Shown piece after piece: positions 1 to 7,385 of a stretch of 39,196 nt of DNA; the stretch's first letter is position 1; each line of letters starts with the position of its first letter. The DNA is from an uncultured Planctomycetia bacterium (lineage in GTDB: Bacteria > Planctomycetota > CAYHQZ01), in NCBI GenBank assembly GCA_964358555.1, contig CAYHQZ010000004.1:1-39196 (forward strand). Direction: 5' to 3'. The notes below the pieces were generated by a model. That model saw only the letters and a program-made list of their open reading frames with translations. It was not told the DNA's origin and did not search any database. The position numbers were made by a program, and so were the translations under genes.

Positions 1-3000
1 GCGAAACGATCCTCCCGGAAGATCCACGTCCTCTCCTTCACGCCGAGGCTCGCCGCGGCCGTCATCGCCCTCGCGGCGCTCCCCGCGGCGTGGATCGGTT
101 GGCGCCTCTGCTCGCCGCCCCCAGCGGCCTGCTCGCTTTTCTGGCGCGCGGACAACGAGATCCCGGCCGGCGGATCGTTCATTCCCTACGTGCAGGCGCG
201 GGATGCCTCGTCGGGCCGGCCGATGGAAGACGTCCGGATCCGGGCGAGCCTGGCGCCTTCGAACGGCGGCGACCGGCTCCCCCTCGGGGAGGGCCGGACC
301 GGGCCCGACGGAATGCTCGTCTGCCCGCCATGGAAGATCCCCGATGCCGAACCCGGAACCTACGGACTCGTCCTCGAAGCGGACGGCGGATCGGGGCGGG
401 GCCGGGATCGCCTGGAGCACGCGATTTCGATCGCCCCCGACGCGCGAGTCGCCCTCTCGCCTGATCGCCTCCGGGCAAGGCCCGGCGAGACAATCCGCGC
501 ACGCGTCCTCCTCGTCCGACCCGGAAAGGAAATCCCGATCCCCGGCTGGCCGGTCGCAATCGATCTCCTCGATCCCGCCGGAAACCGAATCGGGAGGGCC
601 GAGACCGTCACGTCGAAATTCGGCCTTGCCTCGGCCGAGTTTCCGCTGGATAGCGAAGCGCCCGAGGGGACCTACCGGATTCGCGCGGAATCGAAAAGGC
701 TCGCTTCGGAATGCGCCGTCGCGGTCCTCTCGTATCGGCTCCCCCCCTTCCGCGTCGCCGTGACGCCGGGGCGGAAATGGGCGGCCCCCGGGGGGGCGAT
801 CGAGGGGACCCTGGAGGCGCGGACGTTCGATGGCCATCCGGTGGGCGGCGCGAAGGGCGAGGTCCGGCTCGTGGGGCCGAAGGGAGAGGTCCTGCGGAAG
901 GCCGTGACGCAATTGGACAACGAAGGCCGCGGCCGCTTCTCCCTCGCGCCGGCCGGGACGGCCGAAACCTCCGCGCCATTCCTCCGCTGCCGGTTGGAGG
1001 CGGAGCTCGCGGATCCAGCCGGGCGGAAGACGGAGGGAGCAGCCTCGATCGCCTTGAGTGCCGCCCCTGTTTTTGTCACCGCCGTGCCGGAGGCGGGGGA
1101 CCTCGTCCGGGTCGGCGAAAACCGCGTCTATCTCGTCGCGAGGGATCCGGAGGGGGCGCCCTACCGGGGAGGCCTGGAGGTCTGGCGGGAAGGGACGAAT
1201 CCGGCAGATGCGGTTCCGGACAAGCTTTCGATCGAGACCGACGCCCACGGCGTCGCGGTCTACATGCTGAAATTCCCGAAGCCCCCGAAGGAGACGCTTC
1301 TGGTCCGGCCGAAAATCGCCTCCGCCGGAGAGCCGATCCGCATCCCGCTCGGCATCCGCCCGGACACGGCGTTGACGGAAGGCGCCCTCGGCGAGCAGGC
1401 CGGAAGGCTTCTTATCCGGACCGACAAGGCTTTCGTCCGGGCCGGCGAGACCATCTCGATCCGGGCGTTCTCGGGCGAGCCGGAAGGGATCGTCTCGCTC
1501 GCCCTGCGGGAACGCGGCCGGACCGTCGCCGTCGGATCGCTAACCCTTTCGGGTGGCGAAGGCCTGGCAACGCTCGCCGTGCCGGAAGGCGTTTCCGGCC
1601 TCGTCGCCCTGGACGCAACGCTCGATCCCAAGAAAGGCTGGACCGCCTGGACGGATCGGCGGCTCCTCCGCGTCCGGAAGGATTCCGCTCTCCGGATCTC
1701 CGCAACCGCCGACAAGCCCCGCTACCGCCCCGGCGAAACGGCGAGGATCTCGTTCTCGGTCACCGATGCATCGAACGCAGGCGTCCCCTCCGCCGTCTCC
1801 CTCGTCGCGGAGGACGAATCCCTCCTCGCCATCACAGGCAAGCACCCGGGCCTCGCCCAGGCGCTAGAGGCCCTCGATGCGAACATCCTTGAGAATCCGG
1901 ACCTGCCCCTCGATGAAGCGGCGAAGGCGAACGGAAAGGGCGATTCGATCGAGCGCGCCGCCCTCGCGGGGGTCAGGCAATCCAGCGCGGAGAACGCAAC
2001 GCAGTTGCTCGAACGCCTTGTAACAAAGGGCATCCTCCACCCCTCGATCGCCAAGGAAGTCTCCGATCTTTTCCTGCGGTCGGATTCGTATCTCACGCCG
2101 GAAGCGAAGGCGCAGGTGCTCGCAAACCTGCGCAATAGTCCGGAAGGAGGGCGATTGGCGGCCGCGTTTGAAATGCGAGGCCAGCCCGCAGGGGAAATCT
2201 GGCTGGATTCGGCGGTTCCCCAAAGGGAGAAGGCCGCGGCGGAGCGCAAGAAACTCCGAGGCGATTTGTTGGCGGCCCTTATGAATCTCGTCGCGGTACT
2301 CTCCATCGTTTTGGTCCTGCGACTGGTTTCGTCCTCCAGCCCCTGGATGGGGTCCGCGAACGAATACTGGCTGGCCACCACCGGAATCCCCTTGGTCACG
2401 GGCACGAGCCTCGTCGCATGCGTTGTCGGAATCGGCCTCGTCCCGGAATCCGCCTACGCAAGGCTCTTCGCGATCAATGTCCTTGCGATGGCCGCAGCGC
2501 ACGCCTTCCTGAGCGTCCGGGCCTGGCGGCTCTGGAATGCCGCTGACGAGTCCGCGCCTTTCTTCCTCACCCTCGGATTGAAGTCCTTTCTCCTGGACGC
2601 CTGGCTCCTTGCACTCGCGATATCCGTCCCGATCGGGCGTTGGGACCGGGAGGGCTTCCTGATCTTCTTTTTCGCCAACTTCGCAATCGCCGCGGCGATC
2701 CAGAGCGTTCGCTTGAGCCTCGGAAGAATCCTTGGCGCAACCGCGGGCCTGGGCTTCGTCCTGGCGATGCTCCTTCCCGCCCTCGGAAAGAGCCGATCCG
2801 AAGCCCGGAAATCGTCCGCGCGAAATGCCCTGAAACAGATCGAGACCGCCCTGGTGCTCGAGGACACGACCCCGGAGGCCGGTCACGCCGTGGTTTCTCT
2901 GAATCCCGCCCCTCCCCGCCTCCGTTCCGACTTCCGGGAGACGCTCGCGTTCGTGCCGGAGATCGTCACGGACGAGCAAGGAAGGGCTAGCCTCGCGCTG

Positions 3001-4992
3001 CCCGTTCCGGACTCGCTCACGGCCTGGCGGATCCTTGCCGACTCGGTCGCGGAAAGGGGCGGGACGGCATGGACGAGCCTCGGCGTTACCGTGACGCAGC
3101 CATTCTCGTTGGACCTTTCGCTCCCGACGGACGTGACGGCAGGAGACGTCCTTTGCGTCCCCGTCGTCGTCTCGAACCACGGCGAGCGCGCAAGGGAGGC
3201 GGAGGTGACGCTGAAGGTCTCCGGGGCGGAGCTCTCGGAGGGCGGGGCGACCCGGCGGATCTCCGTCTTGCCGAAATCCGTCGCCGCCGCGGAATTCATC
3301 CTGAAGTTCCCCCGGCCGGGCGATGCGCGCCTCGAGGTCTCGGTCCGCGCGGGCGTTGACGCCGACGCGGTCGTGCGAATCCTTCCCGTCCGGCCGGATG
3401 GCCGGCCCGTACATCTCTCGACCTCTTCCCTTGTCGACGGCGAGACCGTCCTCGAGCTCGACGTCCCGAAGGACGCCATCCCGGGAACGACCCGCTCGCG
3501 GCTCACGCTCCACCGCGGGCCGCTCACCCAATTCATCGAAGGACTCGACGGGATGCTCGTCGAGCCCTACGGCTGCTTCGAGCAGACGTCGTCCTGCAAC
3601 TATCCGAACCTGATGATCGTCCGCTACCTGCGCGCGAACGGGATCCGCAAGCCCGACATCGAGAAGCGCGCGATGGACTTCCTCGCCCGCGGCTACCAGC
3701 GTCTGCTTGGCTTCGAGGTGGGCTCGAAGAGCGGCGGGTTCTCGCTCTACGGCCAGGCCCCCGCGAGCCCCTGGCTCACCGCCTACGGCCTCATGGAATT
3801 CCAGGACATGGCGAAGGTCTATCCCGTAGACCCCGCCCTCCTCGATCGGATTCGCGCGTTTTTGAAGGGCGGGATGCGCGGCGACGGCTCCTTCGCCCTC
3901 GACGGCGGCGCGCACGAACGCGTCGCAGGCGGCCTTCTCGCCGAAACGGCCTACGTCGTCTGGGCGCTGGGTTCCGAGGCGCCCGAGACAAGCCTCCGCT
4001 TCCTCCGCGAGAATCTCCCCGAGATCCGGAAGGACGCCTACCTCTCGGCCCTCGCCGCGAACGCGCTGCGCGCGAAGGACCCGCAGACCGCGAACGCGCT
4101 CGCCCGGGGCTTGAAGGCGCTCGCATTGCGGGAAAAGATCGGCGGGAAGATCGTCCTGCGGATGTCGGCCGCCCGCTCGCTCGCCTGGGGCTACGGCGAG
4201 ACGGCCGGAATCGAGGCGATGGCGCTCTCGGCCCTCGCCGTCCTCGATTCTGGCGAAAGTTTGGACTTCGCCCGCGAGGCCCTCGCAAGCCTGCAATCGC
4301 AAATCGGCCCTCGAGGCGCTTGGCACTCGACGCACGCGACGGTCCTTTCGCTCAAGGCGCTGGAGCGGGCTTCCATCGCCGGCCGGAACATGGGGCCTGC
4401 AACCGCGACCGTTCGCGTCGGAGAAGAGGCCCCCAAAACCCTCCGGATCCCCGCGGAGGAAACCGCGGCGCCTGTCGTCCTGCCGATCGAGCTCAAGCCG
4501 GGTCCGAACCGGATCCGGATCCGCACGGAAGGCGCGCCGCTGGCCGCAAGGCTTTCCTGCGAGACTTACGTCCCCTGGGCAGCCGCGGAAGCCCCTTCCG
4601 AGCCTGCGGCGAATCCCCTCCTCGCCCATGTCCGCTATGACAAAACGGAGGCGGGCCAAGGCTCGGCCGTCTCTGGAACGCTCGAAATCTCCGCGAAGGA
4701 AAGAACCGTGGAGGTCCCCATGGTCGAATGGGGCCTCCCCGCCGGATTCGAGCCGTCGGCGGCCGACCTGGACGCCGCCAAGGCGGACGGCCTCCTCGAG
4801 CGCTGGGAAATCTCCGGGCGAACGCTGCGGCTCTACTTCCCGGACCTTCCCCCCGGCCCGCCGAAAACCCTCCGCGTCCGGTTCACAGCCACCTCGAAAG
4901 GCTCTCTCGCCGCCCCCGCCGGCCGGGCCTACGAGTATTACCGGCGGGAAGCAGCCGTCGCCCTCCCACCCGTCCGGTTCACGATTCGGTGA
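1..4992 (+). CDS. Bacterial alpha-2-macroglobulin family protein (MG2/A2M/thioester), 5'-truncated by the window edge
   Basis: Frame 1 is open from nt 1 (AKRSSRKIHVLSFTPRLAAAVIALAALPAAWIGWRL, a TM-like anchor), so the true start lies upstream of the window. MG motifs (TSKFGLASAEFPL, YRPGET), the post-bait motif RLRSDFRETLAFVPEIVTDEQG...PDSLTAW, thioester PYGCFEQ (GCFEQ at 3571-3585) and C-terminal AYEYY are present. Confidence 0.92.
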   Translation, partial: AKRSSRKIHVLSFTPRLAAAVIALAALPAAWIGWRLCSPPPAACSLFWRADNEIPAGGSFIPYVQARDASSGRPMEDVRIRASLAPSNGGDRLPLGEGRTGPDGMLVCPPWKIPDAEPGTYGLVLEADGGSGRGRDRLEHAISIAPDARVALSPDRLRARPGETIRARVLLVRPGKEIPIPGWPVAIDLLDPAGNRIGRAETVTSKFGLASAEFPLDSEAPEGTYRIRAESKRLASECAVAVLSYRLPPFRVAVTPGRKWAAPGGAIEGTLEARTFDGHPVGGAKGEVRLVGPKGEVLRKAVTQLDNEGRGRFSLAPAGTAETSAPFLRCRLEAELADPAGRKTEGAASIALSAAPVFVTAVPEAGDLVRVGENRVYLVARDPEGAPYRGGLEVWREGTNPADAVPDKLSIETDAHGVAVYMLKFPKPPKETLLVRPKIASAGEPIRIPLGIRPDTALTEGALGEQAGRLLIRTDKAFVRAGETISIRAFSGEPEGIVSLALRERGRTVAVGSLTLSGGEGLATLAVPEGVSGLVALDATLDPKKGWTAWTDRRLLRVRKDSALRISATADKPRYRPGETARISFSVTDASNAGVPSAVSLVAEDESLLAITGKHPGLAQALEALDANILENPDLPLDEAAKANGKGDSIERAALAGVRQSSAENATQLLERLVTKGILHPSIAKEVSDLFLRSDSYLTPEAKAQVLANLRNSPEGGRLAAAFEMRGQPAGEIWLDSAVPQREKAAAERKKLRGDLLAALMNLVAVLSIVLVLRLVSSSSPWMGSANEYWLATTGIPLVTGTSLVACVVGIGLVPESAYARLFAINVLAMAAAHAFLSVRAWRLWNAADESAPFFLTLGLKSFLLDAWLLALAISVPIGRWDREGFLIFFFANFAIAAAIQSVRLSLGRILGATAGLGFVLAMLLPALGKSRSEARKSSARNALKQIETALVLEDTTPEAGHAVVSLNPAPPRLRSDFRETLAFVPEIVTDEQGRASLALPVPDSLTAWRILADSVAERGGTAWTSLGVTVTQPFSLDLSLPTDVTAGDVLCVPVVVSNHGERAREAEVTLKVSGAELSEGGATRRISVLPKSVAAAEFILKFPRPGDARLEVSVRAGVDADAVVRILPVRPDGRPVHLSTSSLVDGETVLELDVPKDAIPGTTRSRLTLHRGPLTQFIEGLDGMLVEPYGCFEQTSSCNYPNLMIVRYLRANGIRKPDIEKRAMDFLARGYQRLLGFEVGSKSGGFSLYGQAPASPWLTAYGLMEFQDMAKVYPVDPALLDRIRAFLKGGMRGDGSFALDGGAHERVAGGLLAETAYVVWALGSEAPETSLRFLRENLPEIRKDAYLSALAANALRAKDPQTANALARGLKALALREKIGGKIVLRMSAARSLAWGYGETAGIEAMALSALAVLDSGESLDFAREALASLQSQIGPRGAWHSTHATVLSLKALERASIAGRNMGPATATVRVGEEAPKTLRIPAEETAAPVVLPIELKPGPNRIRIRTEGAPLAARLSCETYVPWAAAEAPSEPAANPLLAHVRYDKTEAGQGSAVSGTLEISAKERTVEVPMVEWGLPAGFEPSAADLDAAKADGLLERWEISGRTLRLYFPDLPPGPPKTLRVRFTATSKGSLAAPAGRAYEYYRREAAVALPPVRFTIR

Positions 4993-5133
4993 CCGCCAAG
5001 GCGGGAACGCCGGCTACCTCCCCAGATCCCTCGGCACATACCGCTGGAGGCCGCCCACCCGATCCGCTTGCTCCTGATAGGCACGCAACCATCCATGGCG
5101 ATCAGGATCCACGCTATCGCCCGCCGCCGGTTC

Positions 5134-5403
5134 CTATCCATGCGAATTCGCGGCGACGTAGGCGTGGAGGACCGCGTTGATCCGCGTCTGGTAGCCGCGA
5201 CCGTGCCGCTTGAACCACCGGATCACATCGGGATCGAGGCGAATGGAGACAACGGACTTCCGCTGGGGCATCCGGACGACCATCTTCGAGAAAACGGCCG
5301 GATCGATGGGCGGGATGTCGGAAAAGTCGATCTCCTCGTCCTTCATCGCTTTGAGCCGATCCCAGTCAGTCCTTGATTTCCCGTGCGTAAATGCGTTCTT
5401 CAT
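5134..5403 (-). CDS. brnA: BrnA-family antitoxin (89 aa)
   Basis: TDWDRLKAMKDEEIDFSDIP...VSIRLDPDVIRWFK..GRGYQTRINAVL is the BrnA pattern. Start reassigned to ATG 5403, overlapping the brnT 3' end. Confidence 0.87.
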   Translation of the reverse strand: MKNAFTHGKSRTDWDRLKAMKDEEIDFSDIPPIDPAVFSKMVVRMPQRKSVVSIRLDPDVIRWFKRHGRGYQTRINAVLHAYVAANSHG

Positions 5404-5644
5404 GCTTGCTCGCCTTTCGGGCTGAAATGATCCGGATGACTTGTTCGGCCGGCTCGGTAAATACCACCACCGCCAGAACATCGCCCAACCACCCGATCCC
5501 CACCCATCGAGTCTCCCTGTAATCTTTCCGACGATCCAGAAAAGTCACCATGGGGTGTTCGAACATGGAGGCGACATCCATGAAATCGATGCCGTGATTC
5601 CGCCGATTGAGCCGGTTCTTGGCCTCGTCCCATTGGAACTCCAC
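5366..5644 (-). CDS. brnT: BrnT-family ribonuclease toxin
   Basis: FQWDEAKNRLN..NHGIDF...DYRETRW.GIG...VVVFTE...IRIISARKA is the BrnT pattern. Confidence 0.9.
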   Translation of the reverse strand: MEFQWDEAKNRLNRRNHGIDFMDVASMFEHPMVTFLDRRKDYRETRWVGIGWLGDVLAVVVFTEPAEQVIRIISARKASKHEERIYAREIKD

Positions 5645-5651
5645 GTCTTGG

Positions 5652-5680
5652 ATTGTATATACGTTTTATGTTGACGTCAA
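5652..5680 (-). promoter_or_regulatory. Sigma70-type promoter of brnTA, likely leaderless
   Basis: Minus strand reads TTGACG-N17-TACAAT-N7-GTG(start). The -35 lies in the palindrome TTGACGTCAA. Confidence 0.75.
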
Positions 5681-5708
5681 GCCACCCCTCCGACAACGAT
5701 CTCCGTTA

Positions 5709-5977
5709 GGGCTCGAGACAGAATAAATGTCGCATTTGGCGGCGGTGATTTCGGAGCGAGGCAAGGAGCGCGTGGCGCCGCGATGTGGGAGGCATCGCAA
5801 GCAACGCGCGACGCGGCCGCAGCCCGAAAGCGCCGCCATCCTTCGGGAGGCCCGTCTCTTCGCCGGCTGCGTTGTCGCTCGGCCTCTGCGGTCCCTCCAA
5901 GACCGCCTTCGGCCTCGCTCCTAGCATCCGACGAAGATCCGGGCCTCCAAATGCGACAGTTATTCTGTCGCGAGCCC
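5709..5977. mobile_element. 269-bp MITE-like element with 31-bp TIRs and TTA target duplication
   Basis: Left end GGGCTCGAGACAGAATAAATGTCGCATTTGG versus reverse complement of right end GGGCTCGCGACAGAATAACTGTCGCATTTGG (29/31). TTA sits at 5706-5708 and 5978-5980. No transposase inside. Confidence 0.72.
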
Positions 5978-6023
5978 TTACGCCAGCCCCAGCCTCTTAT
6001 TCTTCGCGTCGGGGCGATGACAT

Positions 6024-7088
6024 TCATGACTCCCTCCGCACCGGGCTCCTTCCCGCGGCGCGGATGATTCGCTCGAGTTCGGCCCCCGGAAGGCCGGCGG
6101 GCGTGTCGGCGCCGGCCATGTGGGCGATCCGCTCGCCGCAGACGGTCCCGTGGAGGTCGTCGGCACCGTACCAGAGGGCGACGGATGCCACGTCCACGCC
6201 GGTCATCGGCCAGTAGGCGACGATCCGGTCCACATTGTCGAGCATCAGCCTCGAGACGGCGATCTCGCGCAGGATCGCGCGGGCCGTGGGCTTCGGGATC
6301 CGGGACAGCGCCGTCCGGGCGGGGACGAACGGCAGCGGCACGAACGCCTCGAATCCGCCCGTCTCGTCCTGCAGCGCCCGCACTCGCAGGAGGTGGTCCA
6401 CCCGGTCGGCGGCCGACTCCACGTGGCCGAAGAGCATCGTCGCGGTGGTCGGGATCCCGAGGCGGTGGGCCGTCCGATGGACGTCGAGCCACGCCGCGGC
6501 GGAGGGCTTCGCGGGACAGATCCGCCGGCGCACGCGCGGAGCGAAAATGTCCGCCCCACCCCCCGTGAGGGCGTCGAGGCCCGCCGCGCGGAAGTCCTCG
6601 AGGACCGCCCGCGCGGTCCGCCGCCCGATCCTCGCGGCGTGGAGAATCTCCACGGCCGTGAAGGCCTTGATCCGGATCCTCGGCGCCGCGCGGCGGATCG
6701 CGCGGAGGATCCGCGGGTACCAGGCGTAGGGCCGGTCGGGATGCAGCCCGCCGGTGACGTGCAGTTCGGTCGCGCCGCTCGCGGCCGCATCCGCCGCGCG
6801 CCTGGCGATCTCGGGGACGGACATCTCCCAGGCGAGCGGGTCGCCCTTCTTGCGTCCGAACGCGCAGAACCGGCAGGCGTTCCGGCAGACGTTGGTGTAG
6901 TTGAGATGGGCGTTCGCGACCCAGGAGGCCTCCGGGCCGTGCCGGCGCTCCCGGACGATGTTGGCGAGAAGGCCGAGGGCGTGGAGGTCCCCGCATGCCT
7001 CGAGGCGCTTCCCGTCGGCGCACAAAAGCCTGCGCCCGGCGAGAACCCGGCGCTCGACGAATCGAAGGGAGGCAGGAATGGGGTTCAC
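6024..7088 (-). CDS. mqnE: Radical SAM protein, aminofutalosine synthase MqnE-like (CofH/MqnC/MqnE family)
   Basis: NYTNVCRNACRFCAF (CxxxCxxC), HVTGGLHP, IKAFTAVEI, ATMLFGHVES..RVDHL..LQDETGGF, RLMLDN...AYW. Confidence 0.78.
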   Translation of the reverse strand: MNPIPASLRFVERRVLAGRRLLCADGKRLEACGDLHALGLLANIVRERRHGPEASWVANAHLNYTNVCRNACRFCAFGRKKGDPLAWEMSVPEIARRAADAAASGATELHVTGGLHPDRPYAWYPRILRAIRRAAPRIRIKAFTAVEILHAARIGRRTARAVLEDFRAAGLDALTGGGADIFAPRVRRRICPAKPSAAAWLDVHRTAHRLGIPTTATMLFGHVESAADRVDHLLRVRALQDETGGFEAFVPLPFVPARTALSRIPKPTARAILREIAVSRLMLDNVDRIVAYWPMTGVDVASVALWYGADDLHGTVCGERIAHMAGADTPAGLPGAELERIIRAAGRSPVRRES

Positions 7089-7150
7089 GCCGGGGCCAGC
7101 CTAGGGGCTCGCGGCCCCCGGGCGCAAGCGCCCCCGGATCGCCCTAACTC

Positions 7151-7385
7151 CTGAACTTTTGCGTCGGGGGGTAAAACCGGGCACGGGCGAGGGACGGGGG
7201 CTCGGCTCTTGCTCCCGGTCTCCGCGCGGTCCACGGCAGGCATACGAATTCATGGCGTTGGACCGTGCTCCGACAGGTCGCCACGATCCGAGCCCCCACC
7301 CCTCGCCCTTCTTGTTATTCGTACCTAGGAATACAGGGGTCGGCGCCGCCATGCCGCAATCGAGAGGTCGGACGCAAAAGCTCAG
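7151..7385. mobile_element. 235-bp non-autonomous element with 15-bp TIRs and a 6-bp flanking direct repeat
   Basis: CTGAACTTTTGCGTC (7151-7165) and GACGCAAAAGCTCAG (7371-7385) are 14/15 inverted. TAACTC lies immediately outside both ends (7145-7150, 7386-7391). Confidence 0.55.
7174..7308 (-). ncRNA. Candidate structured ncRNA motif of unknown class, copy 1
   Basis: 21-bp outer stem (7185-7205/7288-7308), 10-bp inner stem (7224-7233/7259-7268) and two potential pseudoknots. 88/99 ungapped identity to 39087-39185. Strand is inferred from G-U pairs. Confidence 0.5.

Noticed and set aside
7174-7308. 6S RNA or ZMP/ZTP riboswitch identity for the structured motif
   Set aside because: The long stem with a bubble resembles 6S, and UGGCG/GGGAGC resemble ZTP. 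However, it is short for 6S and lacks its usual conserved segments, and it lacks the ZTP GACUGRCG and GCC..CGCCUGGGC. Left unassigned.
7354-7385. c-di-GMP-I riboswitch-like GCAA..GAGA..GGACGCAAAAGC on the + strand
   Set aside because: There is no proper stem around GAGA, no second hairpin and no + strand gene downstream. It is better explained as the right TIR.
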